From positions 23,250,001 to 23,314,000 of the forward strand of contig NC_135667.1 of the NCBI RefSeq assembly GCF_964188315.1: a DNA stretch of 64,000 nucleotides, in the 5' to 3' direction. The translations under genes and the position numbers were made by a program. Shown piece by piece: positions 11,796 to 23,120 of this stretch; the stretch's first letter is position 1, and each line of letters begins with the position of its first letter. The notes beneath the pieces were generated by a model. It did not search any database and had not been told where the DNA came from. It worked only from the letters and a program-made list of their open reading frames with translations. The DNA comes from Podarcis muralis. Taxonomy: Eukaryota.

Positions 11796-12549
11796 CTGCA
11801 GAGGTCATCAGAGAGTAAAAGTAATGCAAAGGACTGCTCTCCTGTACTGTATTCCCACTTCCACACACACATTAATCCCAGAGCTGCATACTTTATTTAA
11901 CAAAGCCCAATATCAGTATAATAATTAAAAAGTGTGCTAAAAAACACAAATTGGTGGGTGCTTGGCTCCCCAGAACCTAATGAAATCAAAAGCCAACCCA
12001 CTTAGTTTTGCCCGTTTCTCTATTAAATAGATGCTGGCAACAGGTATTTTAATTAATTGTCCACTTTTAAACCACTGGATCAAATTTGCTTAATTAGTAT
12101 ACTATGAACAATCAAAGAAGGTGCCTTAAAGGACAATTCTGAATAAATAGAACTGGGTGGCCTGAAGGCTGCATGCTGCCCTCAAGGCATTTTTTAGTGG
12201 TCGTCGGGAACATTTGATCTCCCCCACCAGCCCTTATGCTACTTTCCCCAAGCCCTGCAAGTGAGGTGCTGGGCTTTGGAAAAGAGACATGAGGGCTCTT
12301 TCCCAGCTTTGGAAAGGAGGTGGAGGCCCCTCTAGGACCCTTTGTTCAGCCCCCCCCTCCCCAATGAAATTGCTAAAAGCAGAGAGCAATGAGATAAACC
12401 CTACACCTTGTGGGTAGTAGTCAACTTTCTCAGAGTACACCTACTGAAATTAACGACCATGACTAAGTTAGGGTCCATTAATTTCAATGGGTCTACTCTA
12501 CACCCCCATGTATATTTTAGAGATTTTGATGTTTTAGAATCTTCGGTTC

Positions 12550-12578
12550 CTTGATCTTAGCCAAAAGGCCGAGAAGCG
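12550..12578 (-). pseudogene. RNU2: U2 snRNA 5' fragment (about nt 3-31), retroposed
   Basis: cttgatcttagccaaaaggccgagaagcg is the reverse complement of cgcttctcggccttttggctaagatcaag, the conserved U2 5' end (29/29 against the sequence as I recall it). Confidence 0.9.
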
Positions 12579-13589
12579 GCATTGTCGGCCAGAGGGTGTT
12601 AAAGAAGGATTGTACATTTTTTATGTATGCAACAACAGCAGCAAGAATACTTATAGCAAAACACTGGAAATCTCAAGACTTGCCCACGCTGGAAGAATGG
12701 CAGATGCAACTGATAGACTATATGGAATTAGCAGAAATGACTGGCAGAATTCGCGACCTGGGAGAAGAAGCAGTGGAAGAGGATTGGAAGAAATTTAAGG
12801 ACTATCTACAAAAACATTGTAAACTGTATGAATGTTAAGACGTTGCAAGAGTAAGAACAAATGTGGCATCAGTAAGTTAGTTGATAGAGTTTGAGTATAG
12901 ATGAAATCTGAGAAAAAGTTAATCTTTTGGTTAATATTATGCCTGTTTAGGGACGCGGGTGGCGCTGTGGGTAAAAGCCTCAGCGCCTAGGGCTTGCCGA
13001 TCGAAAGGTCGGCGGTTCGAATCCCCGTGGCGGGGTGCGCTCCCGTTGCTCGGTCCCAGCGCCTGCCAACCTAGCAGTTCGAAAGCACCCCCGGGTGCAA
13101 GTAGATAAATAGGGACCGCTTACTGGCGGGAAGGTAAACGGCGTTTCCGTGTGCGGCTCTGGCTCGCCAGATGCAGCTTTGTCACGCTGGCCACGTGACC
13201 CGGAAGTGTCTTCGGACAGCGCTGGCCCCCGGCCTCTTGAGTGAGATGGGCGCACAACCCTAGAGTCTGTCAAGACTGGCCCGTACGGGCAGGGGTACCT
13301 TTATGCCTATTTAAGTATTCAAGATTTTGGAAAATAAACTTAAATTTGGAGACATAATATGGGGAAAATATAAATAAGAAATTGAAACAAGGTTATAATT
13401 TGCTGTCTAGAACATTATGAATTTGGAAAACAGGAGCGAAAGACGTGAGGAAGTCCAAAAGCGAGGAAAGTAAGAATTTGACTCTGAGGTTATATTTTGT
13501 CTTTTTTCTTTTTGTATGTTTTGTATTGGTTTTTTTTTCTGTGTTAGTTTATTGTATGTTTAAACTTTGAATAAAAATTTAAAAAAAAA
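12578..13589 (+). mobile_element. 5'-truncated L1/Tx1-clade LINE (ORF2 C-terminus, 3'UTR, poly-A), interrupted by a Sauria SINE
   Basis: GIVGQ...FMYATTAARILIAKHWK...WKKFKDYL, aataaa and A-tail. TSD tagaatcttcggttcctt at 12535-12552 and 13590-13607. Confidence 0.9.
12950..13301 (+). mobile_element. Sauria SINE nested in L1 3'UTR
   Basis: Full head and tail; TSD ttatgcct(g/a)ttta. Confidence 0.93.
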
Positions 13590-14125
13590 TAGAATCTTCG
13601 GTTCCTTATACTGCAAACTACATTGAAATATTTTATATACAGTAAGCAGTATATTGGTTGACTAAATTGTTTTAACCAATTTTAATATTGTATGTTTGCA
13701 TGGTTGTAAACCACCCTGGGATCTTATGATGAAGGGCAAATAAGAAATCAAATTAATAGTAGGAAGAGGAGTAAAAAAAATAAAGGAACAAACATTGATA
13801 AACTGGAGGCTGTGTTGAAGGCAGCCTTCTTTAACCTGGGTCCCATACATTGCTGGACTACCACTCCAATCATCCCTGGCCATTGAGAGTTGTAACCCAA
13901 CAACATCTGGGAACCCAAGGTTGAAGAACACCAATTAAGGGAAGCAAAGCTGCAGAAAGCAAGAGATGGAGAAGGGAGGACAAGTGGATGGCATTATGTT
14001 GTACTATTGTTGTTCTATGATGCATAGTATCTTTTTATGCTGTTGGTCATCCTGGGCTTCCTTTGGGAAGATGAGCAGAGTGAAAATTCAACAAAATAAA
14101 TAAATAATAATAATTGGTCACTTAC

Positions 14126-14214
14126 CGGTAGAATGAGTAATAGGAGGATCCAAATGCATAGACGTTGAAGTAACATCCCAGAGGAAGACTCTTCAATAGG
14201 AAAATCAGGGTCTC
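14126..14214 (-). CDS. VWA5A: VWA5A-like vWA exon (ETLIFLLKSLPLGCYFNVYAFGSSYYSFY)
   Basis: ccttag acceptor and gtaag donor, 89 nt. Confidence 0.93.
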
Positions 14215-14712
14215 CTAAGGCAAAAGGTATTGTCACCCTGGGTTACCTAGCTGTCGCAAGCTAGACCGTTGACACTGTCTCAGCAATAAAGCCCTCAGTC
14301 CTAACCTAGACCCATACACTTCCATGCATCACTCTCTGCCCATCTGATCTCACCTTGCCTATAGGACTGAATTCTATTCTACCCATGATCGTCAGGTCTC
14401 TAAATAGTCCTTATCGGCCTGTCTGGAATTATATTAAACTGGCTGCCACTCTAATTCTTGAAGCAAGAGGTACACAAAACATCCATCATAATCAAGCAGG
14501 AAGAAAGGAATACCCCATCCCATGTATTTTCCATAAATGAGTAATGGAAAATTTCAGCTTGAAACTGGAAGTTCAGTCTGCATGCAATCTAGTCCTCTGT
14601 GGCTGTGATTTTAACCACCTCCCTTTAATCTCCTCTCCTGTAAACCCAACATATCATCCTCCCTTGGCTATAGGTTCTTCCATCACATCCCTTTCATCTA
14701 GCCAGGTGGCAC

Positions 14713-14885
14713 CTTGGCACTCTGAATGCGGGTTGTGGCTTCAGAGTTCCTTCTGATGCTGTAGCTCATGCTGCCAGAGCAATCCATCAAGAACAGGAAT
14801 TCGCCTGTTGCATTCAGGCCTGGCTTTGGGGCAGGAGGACTGGGATACAGGGTAAGCAAAAGCACGTGATCTCCCATCAGTGAAC
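14713..14885 (-). CDS. VWA5A: VWA5A-like exon with MIDAS DxSxS (GEFLFLMDCSGSM...RIQSAK)
   Basis: tacag acceptor and gtgcca donor, 173 nt. Not in the supplied ORF list; read by hand. Confidence 0.92.
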
Positions 14886-15242
14886 CTGTATTATGAGACA
14901 GGGAAAAAGAGATTGGAGTCAGCAGACATTTCCACCCAAGGCTGTTCCCTAGTCATTGTACTGGACAAGCTGCATTTCATGTACCCAGCCCAAACTCTGC
15001 TTCCAAGACCTCCCTTTCCACCAGGATGGTGATACAATAAACGAACCAAAATGCAGTATATTTCAAAATCCATACTTCTCTCAATTATGCAGTGCAGTTC
15101 TCCATTTAAAAAAGTATACAGAATGCATACATTTGGATCAATGGTGCGTAAAAATGAATATTTTTTTAGTAAAAACAGCACAGAAAAATGTATTATATGG
15201 GTAGAAATGCTTGCAAAATAAAGTGTGCATTAGGAAAATGTA

Positions 15243-15494
15243 CAGTGGTACCTTGGGATGCGAACGGGATCCGTTCTGGAGCCCCATTTGCATCCCGAAC
15301 GGAACGCAAGATGCGTCAGCGCGTGCGCAGGTCGTGTTTTGCCTCTTCCGCACATGCATGTGACGTCATTTTGAGCATCTGCACATGCGCAAGCGGCGAA
15401 ACCCGGAAGTAACGCACTCCGTTACTTCTGGGTTGCCGCAGAGCGCAACTTGAACGCGCTCAACCTGAAGCTCATTCAACTCGAGGTATGACTG
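15243..15494. mobile_element. Tc1/mariner (Tigger-like) MITE
   Basis: cagtggtacc...ggtatgactg ends, flanked by TA. Confidence 0.75.
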
Positions 15495-15634
15495 TACTAA
15501 AAAACTTGCTGTGAGTAAAAATAATTGTAAACTAATGCAGAAAAGTGGTGAACTGAACTTAGATAGGAAAACAAGAAACTGAGAGAAACTGAAATTGACA
15601 GATTTGCTCATCCTTAACTCTAGCCATTGCTCAC

Positions 15635-15752
15635 CTGGATCTGCTCCTGGCTTCCCAGCCTCAAGCAGGAGACTGGGCTTACGAACCACCTCCTTGTAAT
15701 ATATCAGCAGCTCCACATCTCGATTAAGGCAGTATCCTTCAGTGAGGGAAAT
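15635..15752 (-). CDS. VWA5A: VWA5A-like exon (ISLTEGYCLNRDVELLIYYKEV...AGKPGADP)
   Basis: ccaaag acceptor and gtgag donor, 118 nt. RDVELLIYY motif. Confidence 0.92.
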
Positions 15753-16078
15753 CTTTGGCAGGGGTACGATAAGCAAAAGCAAGGGTTAAAACCTGGGTAT
15801 GACATCATGCTAGTTCCAAAAGACTCCAGCAGCAGTAGCAGCTCAGTTTTCCCTTTACAGGGAACCTATAAGGTTAAGCTGTATTCAGGCCTTCAGGAAG
15901 AAAAGCATGCTCTTCCTGAAAGCCCTTAATGCCAACTCTTCACTATGGGCTGACATAAACCCAGACCTACTCAGAGTCAACCCAGTGTCATTAATGAACC
16001 CTAATTAGTCATGTTCATTAATTTCTGTAGATCTATTCTGAGTAGCATTGAATACCACCCCACCTCGGCATCCTTTAC

Positions 16079-16251
16079 CTGGGCTGTAGTGTGGTCTTCT
16101 GTTGCATACTGCAGGGGTGTGAGGGTGCAATTTGACTTCACACGAGAGATTCCATATGGAGAATGCAGTGTAGCACTGAGGCTGAGCTTGTAGGGGAGCT
16201 CCCTCTCAGGCACTCGTGGTATGTCCTGTACGAAGCTGCTCTCTTCTGACC
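16079..16251 (-). CDS. VWA5A: VWA5A-like exon (...LPYKLSLSATLHSPYGISRVKSNCTLTPLQY...TTAQ)
   Basis: gtgcag acceptor and gtaaag donor, 173 nt. Confidence 0.92.
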
Positions 16252-16468
16252 CTGCACAGGGACACAATCAATGCCATGAGAGAACGTGAGCAAAATGACC
16301 TTCTCATATGTATACACTAAGTTCTCAAAATTCATCGTACATTCAGGATTTTAACCAATGGGGTTGTGAGCACCTTCCTTGATGCCCACCAAGCCCCCGC
16401 CCCTCTCAATTGTTAAAAAAATTAAAATGTTTCCAGGTGAGTTTTGTGTTGTTTTGTTGAGCGAGATA

Positions 16469-16823
16469 CAGTGGTACCTTGCAAGACAAATGCCTCGCAA
16501 GATAAAAAACTCGCAAGACGAAAGGGTTTTTTGTTTTTTGAGCTGCTTCGCAAGACGATTTTCCCTATGGGCTTGCTTCGCAAGACGGAAATGTCTTGCA
16601 AGTTTGTTTCCTTTTTCTTAACACCGTTAATACAGTTGCGACTTGACTTCGAGGAGCAACTCATAGAAGGCGGTGTGGTAGCCTTTTTTGAGGTTTTTAA
16701 AGACTTTGGTGATTTTTGAAGCTTTTCCAAAACTTTCCCGACACCGTGCTTCGCAAGACGAAAAAAATCGCAAGACGACAAAACTCGCGGAACGAATTAA
16801 TTTCGTCTTGCGAAGCACCACTG
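16469..16823. mobile_element. Tc1/mariner MITE with internal cttcgcaagacg repeats
   Basis: cagtggtacct...agcaccactg TIRs; 5' TA. Confidence 0.75.
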
Positions 16824-18172
16824 TGCCTTGTTGTGTGGGCGGGAGGTTGGCATGTATTGTTTATTTTCAGGTGCTATTTTCTGCCTCTTTGGGAAAGGAG
16901 ACTCTGAACATTGCCAGGTTTTCTTCTGTGAAACAGATATTTTGTAGTGCCCACAATAGTTTCTCTAATTTCCAGATGTTCCCTCAGGTCCATGAAGGCA
17001 GAATCCTGCCCTTGGTAGTTCCATGACAGAGGCAAATGTTAGCCTGAGAAACTGGATTGGTGGAGTTTTGGGGAAGATACAAATAGCATTGACGAGGCTT
17101 AGGGAACTTCTGACCTGTGGGTCAAAACAGGCATAGCAGCACAGGAGCCAACTCCCAGGGGCTGAAGTCCCTCCAGTCCTCTCCCCCATGAAATATTTGA
17201 GAGGCCAGCCCTCCCCAAGTTGATAAGCATTGTCATTCAAATGATATGCATGCGCCACGTCTTGTGATCGATTATGTATGGCGGAGCTTACTCCTCCCCC
17301 CTAATGTTTTATTCAAGTTGGCATCCCTGCAACAGGAGACTATTTTGACCCACTCCCACTACCTGTCCCACACCTAACAACAGATGTGGAGCAAGAAAAG
17401 ATGAGGCTGCAAATGAACAATCAGGAGCTTAAAGCATTGCTCATTGGCAAGTAGGGCTCACTGACAGTGCCATGATCTGATCAATACCAATGGTGTGTCT
17501 CACTGGGATCAGCTGTACAAGGGGGTCTACCAGTTTAAACTTCTTAGTGCAGGCAATGGGACTCACTGTCAGTGCCCATCCACTGATGGATACTGGAAAT
17601 GAGACACTGTGAAGCTGTCCATTTGTAGACCAGGTTTGGATTCAAACCACACCTGCAAATGGACATTTCTTTTGACTCTTCAGACCAGCCTGCAGAGGGG
17701 AAAGATGCCAAGTTTAAAAGGGAAAGGGTTTTCTGGATGATAGAATACTCTCCCCAGGAAGGTTCACATGGCATGGGATTTGCGGGGCTCAGATTCAAAA
17801 GTAGACTTACCAGATGTTACCCAGGCAGAACATGACCCAGATTGGACCAATAGTCTACTTTAGAATCCACAATCCTAAGAATCCAATTACAAGGCAGTCT
17901 GAGGACAGCAGGGCTTCCCTTGTACAATTTTTAAAAAACCACACACAGCCCAGGCTTGCACCCTGAGAAGGTCACTTCAGTGCTGCTAACAAAGCAGCTT
18001 GATTTCACCCTTGGAGGTGCACTCCATTGTCCTTCGAGACAGATGGATGGGAAGAAGTGTGAGTAGCCATGGGACACACAGCTGCTTAACCTGGCAGCCA
18101 ATTGGGACACAGCCAATCATTTTGATGGCAGGCTTTTTGTTGGGGCAAAGATTAGCAGCTACTGTTTCTTAC

Positions 18173-18395
18173 CCTGAAGTGCATAGCGAGGATTCAGCAC
18201 AACTGGCAGGACAAAGCGGACTGCCCCATCCGGCTCGGGAGCCAGTGCCTGGACATAGCACAGTTTCAGTGTGGCCTCTCCACTTGGTGGAAGATTACCC
18301 AGCATGCATTTGAAAATGTCTCTGGATTTGGGGTCCCTCACAAAAAACACAGATGCTTCGAGCACGGCCAACCGATCTTCATACAGTGCCTGTGC
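18173..18395 (-). CDS. VWA5A: VWA5A-like VIT exon (AQALYED...RDIFKCMLGNLPP...RFVLPVVLNPRY)
   Basis: cttcag acceptor and gtaag donor, 223 nt. Confidence 0.93.
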
Positions 18396-18847
18396 CTGAA
18401 GATGTTGAGAGACCAGAAAGAAAAAGAAAGAGATGTGAAAAGGTGGAAAGAGATGTGACAAGGGCAAGGAGAAATAGATGGGGTGGGGGTCACAGTGGCA
18501 GCCAGAAACTTGTCTGGAGGGGAGTTGCTACTAATTTCACCTCAGATGCCTTTCTGATTTCTTCAATCTTATCATAAAGTCATAAAGCTTGGGCTGCTCT
18601 GCACACCATGGCCGCTGCCAGCCTGAGCTGGGGAAAGAGGCACACATGTGCAGCAGAGGCACCCCCGCATCCCCGCACGCCTCTTTCCCCAGCTCAGGCT
18701 GGCAGCATCTCGGGCTGTCCTCTTTTTTGCTCTTCGAGATATGGCAACCCTACCATACTTCTTCTCTACAAACAAAAGGAGAGGGAGCTGCATGCTGTGC
18801 ATTAGGTGTTATTTATGTAGTTTTTAACAGTGGTTGTTTTTAGAATA

Positions 18848-19094
18848 CAGTGGTACCTCGGGTTACATACACTTCAGGTTACATACACTTCAGGTTACAG
18901 ACTCCGCTAACCCAGAGATAGTACCTCGGATTAATAACTTTGCTTCAGGATGAGAACAGAAATTGTGTTCCGGCTGCGCAGTGGCAGCGGGAGGCCCCAT
19001 TAGCTAAAGTGGTGCGGTGCTTCAGGTTAAGAACAGTTTCAGGTTAAGAACAGACCTCTGGAACGAATTAAGTACTTAACCCGAGGTACCACTG
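18848..19094. mobile_element. Tc1/mariner (Tigger-like) MITE, same family as 25750 and 26823
   Basis: TIR cagtggtacctcgggtta / taacccgaggtaccactg. Confidence 0.85.
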
Positions 19095-19446
19095 TTTTGT
19101 AATCATTTCTGAATTTTGTTTTTAAATTGTGGGTATGTTTGCCATCCTGAGCTACTTTTGGTGGGGGGGGAGGGAGGATTTAAATTCGATCAAAAATTTA
19201 GTCAATAATTTATATATATTGATTGATGGTTAATTCCACTGTGCTGAAGTTGTTTGTTGACTGTGAGTGCATAAATTGTTGCTTGCCTAGAGAACATTTT
19301 GTTACTGGATGACAGTAAATACATTTTTAAACAATGGTTTAAAACTCTTGATTCAAAGGGTTTGGAGACATGCCAATCATGGCCTTCAGCATCCCCAGAA
19401 CCTCTATCCCCACCCCAACCTCCCACACTACCTTGAGCCCTCTCAC

Positions 19447-19649
19447 CTGTTCCTTCTCCATGATCTGGGCCTCAATTTTTGTCTCACCCATTAGACCCTC
19501 AAAGGCGTAGACAGCAGCATCAGCATCCAAGGGAAAGACAAATTCAACCTCCAGAGGGATCTTCTCCTCATTCTTGTAATGAAGTTCAGACACAACATCT
19601 GCCACGAAGCCTTTGATCGCCACAGCTACAGAGATGCTTTGCAAGGGCA
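19447..19649 (-). CDS. VWA5A: VWA5A-like first VIT exon (VPLQSISVAVAIKGFVADV...FVFPLDADAAVYAFE...EKEQ)
   Basis: cctcag acceptor and gtgag donor, 203 nt. Needs a phase-1 upstream exon. Confidence 0.93.
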
Positions 19650-19765
19650 CTGAGGCACAGAAACAGTAAAGAGCTTTAAAAGAGGGATACATTTAAGTAC
19701 ATTACAAAGCAGACAGAAATCCACGGCAAAAACCTACACACCCTTGCTGGAAAGGTTGTCAGAAC

Positions 19766-19945
19766 CAGTGCTTTTTTTCTGGGGGGACACAGGGGTACGC
19801 ATGCCCCTAAACAATTTGTGAATCTTTGTACTTTTTTTCGATTTTACTGTATTTATTTTTCCCGATTTGAACTGTAAAATGGTGATTTTCTTGAGTCAAA
19901 ATGAGAGTACCCCTAAACATTATTTTAGGGGGGGGGGGAGCACTG
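19766..19945. mobile_element. hAT MITE
   Basis: cagtgct...agcactg ends; exact 8-bp TSD gtcagaac. Confidence 0.85.
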
Positions 19946-20004
19946 GTCAGAACAAAAATGTTTTCAGTTGTTTCTGAAAATTGCAACTAGGGGGTGCATG
20001 TCAC

Positions 20005-20335
20005 CAGGGTTTGATGAGGCCCTAAACTACTGAAGGTAATGGGGCCCTTTATATGTCCAGCTCTCCTTAGCCAACAACAAACTGTAACTGTTTTTTGTGT
20101 TGAATATATGCTATATGGTAATTTATGGACCTAATAAGTATCTAAAGCCATTTGCACATAACAAAATATGGATTTTATCAAAGTAATCATTGAACTGAAA
20201 TGTTGCTGTATGTAGGTTTTATTTTATTTGTTTTTTATCTTATATTTTGGAAATGTACATCCAGAGGTTTTTTCCTTTAATTTTTTGGGGGGCCCCAAGC
20301 TATAGTTGTTTAGCTTATACACAAATCCGGCACTG
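20005..20335. mobile_element. hAT-type non-autonomous element
   Basis: Exact 8-bp TSD catgtcac; right end caaatccggcactg. Confidence 0.75.
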
Positions 20336-21454
20336 CATGTCACATCTCCACAGAAATGCCATTCCACATAATAGGAGTAGCCACACCAAAAGCCCTTCTC
20401 CCAGTTACTGTGAAGTGAGAGCCTGAGATCTTTGGAGCTTAAAGAAGCAGCTCTCCCGCAGACTGCAGTGACCTACTGGAAAACTATGAGATAAGGAGGT
20501 CTCTGAAGGAACCTGGTCCTGAGCAGGCTATTTATTTGAATATTTATAATCCACATTTCATAAAATACATCAAGCCAGTTTACACCCCCAAAAAATTTAT
20601 AAAATCAGTGTATAGATATCTTTAGAGCATAATTAGAAATATCAGTAAGACAACAGTAGATACCATCTGGTTAAAAAGAAAAACTAAGCCTCCTAAGTCA
20701 CAATTTACATCAGGAGACTTAGTTTGGTCAGAATCGAATATACACTTCCAGAGTTAACACTAAATACATTACTTCTGGTAAATGAGCCACTATAGACACT
20801 AGAGAGCTATAAAAAAATTGTGTCCTGGATTTTTTAGACTTGTCTACCCATGTACTATCTGAAACCAAAGGTGTGTCTTGGTTGCCAGATGTGAAGCTTT
20901 TTCAGCTCTCCTACCGCATTACATAAGCCAATAACCACAACTCCTGTGCACAGTTAAGCATGCACACACACATCCGAAACACTGCCCCAACCTACCTTTT
21001 TGAGGATATCCTAGTCTTCTGCTTGGCATTTCTGGTGGTGGAGGCCTTTCATTCCACGTGTCTTCATCCATCTTTGTTCGGGGAAGAGACCGTACCTGTG
21101 ATGAGCCAAATTAAGCAGCATGCATTGCAAGATGGATTGACCTTGCTTTGTTGATTGACATAAATGGGGGCATCTCTCTGCATACAGACATGGCAGAGTC
21201 TTTCTCCCACACAAAAACAGAAACAACACCCACATTAATTAATTTGCTAGGGCAGGCCTAGCACAAAGATGTTACAATATGTACACAAAACACATACAAT
21301 TCATAAAGTGTGTGCAAGGCAACTTCCAGTAACAGCAAGCCTCCCTGTGATATAAAATCATAGAACTGTAGAATTGGAAGAGTCATCAGTCAAGCATGGA
21401 TGGTCATGTCATAACCTTCAACATTTCTCCAATGAAAATAGGGACATCCGATTC

Positions 21455-21610
21455 AACAATAACAATTTTATTACATATTTATACCCTGCCCATCTGACTG
21501 GGCTGCCCCAGCCACTCTGGGTGGCTTCCAACATATATCAAAACATAATAAAACTCTACAGGGCTGCCTTCAGATGTCTTCTAAAGGTTGTATTGTTATT
21601 TACCTTCTTG
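21455..21610 (-). mobile_element. L2 3' end fragment
   Basis: Reverse complement of the same 3' terminus seen at 3290-3420. Confidence 0.65.
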
Positions 21611-22065
21611 GCTCAGGGGTCGAATAACTCCATACCCTCCAACATTTTTCCAATGAAAATAAGAACACTCTAAAGAAAAGTGGGATGTAATCAGAAACTG
21701 AGACGGCTTCTGTAAATCCAGGACTGTCCCTGGAAAACAGGAGTAGAGGGTCTACAATGTGCAGCAATGTGCGAGGGTGAGACTAGCATGCCCTCTCCCC
21801 CTCCTCAAATCAAACCCTCAATGTATTGTTTTAAATGCATAAGTAGAGCCATATACTTTTGCACATTTAATCACCAGTCTTATCAGAGAGGAGGAAGAGG
21901 GAGAGAGCAGCTCAGTGACAGGAAGAGTTAAAATGGTCTGACTGAGCACCGCTCTTCATGGCTCAAGGGATTCTTACTAAACATTCAGGAATTTCTAAGG
22001 GATGCCCGGGCAATAGGAGGAGGTAAGGATTTCTGATTCTTTCCATCAGTCCTATAATAATGGCT

Positions 22066-22260
22066 GGGGAAGGGCTTTGCCTCAGTGGTGGAGCATCTGC
22101 TTTGTACACAGAAGGACCCAGATTTAATCCCCAGCTTCTGTATGTAGGGCTGGAGAAGACGCCTAGCCAGAAACTCTGGAGAGCTACTGCCAGACAGTGT
22201 AGACAATACAGAGCTAAATGGATCAGTGGCCTCACTCAGTTTATAAGGCAGGTTCCCGCA
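22066..22260 (+). mobile_element. Old tRNA-derived SINE
   Basis: gctttgcctcagtggtggagcatctgctttg...cccagatttaatcccc head (degenerate A/B boxes). Confidence 0.6.
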
Positions 22261-23086
22261 TTGGAACAAGAAAGCAGTAACAGGATGAAGGGTCTTGCTG
22301 CAATGGAGGGCAAGGCACATTTCTAAGTCCCTTCCAGAGAAACTCAGAATGCAGTAGTTTTGGAGACCAAGGAGGTCAGGGGTTGAGTTTCTCAAGAGAA
22401 GAAGCTTTGCATGATGAAGAGAATGGGGCAGTGGAGCTACATATGCAGAGGATGAGATGGTCTAGACTCTAGACTGCCACGAAGATTGTTTAGTGCAGCA
22501 TTAATGGGAAGGACTCAGAATTCAAAGGGACTCCATGCAGGGGAATGGTTATACTCACAGCGAGGCAGAGGATATAGGCACCTGAGGCTCCAAAGCTCTC
22601 CCTGCAACCAGAATCCAGGGATGTTGCACACTCTTTGATGCTACAGTGCTTCCTTTTTTCCTGTGATGCCATTAGCATCAGCACTGCAGCCAGTCCGTCA
22701 TCCCCACCCCCGTCTGGGAATGCCTGCCAAATGCACGCGTATAGTTCAGTCACAGTCTGCTTTCCAGAGTAATGACTGTGGCAATGTTCCAATGTCATCT
22801 GGAAAATTGCTCCCTCTCCTGGCAAACCAGCAGCTCATCACAAAAACTAAAATCCACAAAGCCCATCCTGAGCAGAGGAAGGTTTGGATGGGCAGAGAAA
22901 GGAAGGAGACTAGCAGAACTGAGCTGCATTTGCAGCATTTGAAAAGGGTGGGAAGTACAGCTCTATGTCTCGTAGGTTTCCCATTGTTCTAATCTGAAAC
23001 TCAGTCCCCAAAATTTCCACATCAGCTTGTGGAATAAAATTCACCAGCATTTTAGAGCAAATGCCTCCTAATATTTTCATTTTATT

Positions 23087-23087
<1 letters not shown>

Positions 23088-23118
<31 letters not shown>
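23088..23118. repeat. (GT)n microsatellite
   Basis: Read directly. Confidence 0.9.

Positions 23119-23120
<2 letters not shown>

Noticed and set aside
20995-22670. Other candidate phase-1 first exons for VWA5A (MPSRRLGYPQK near 20995-21030; MASQEK...GAS near 22575-22670)
   Set aside because: Splice-compatible but without homology or a strong donor; cannot be distinguished from chance.
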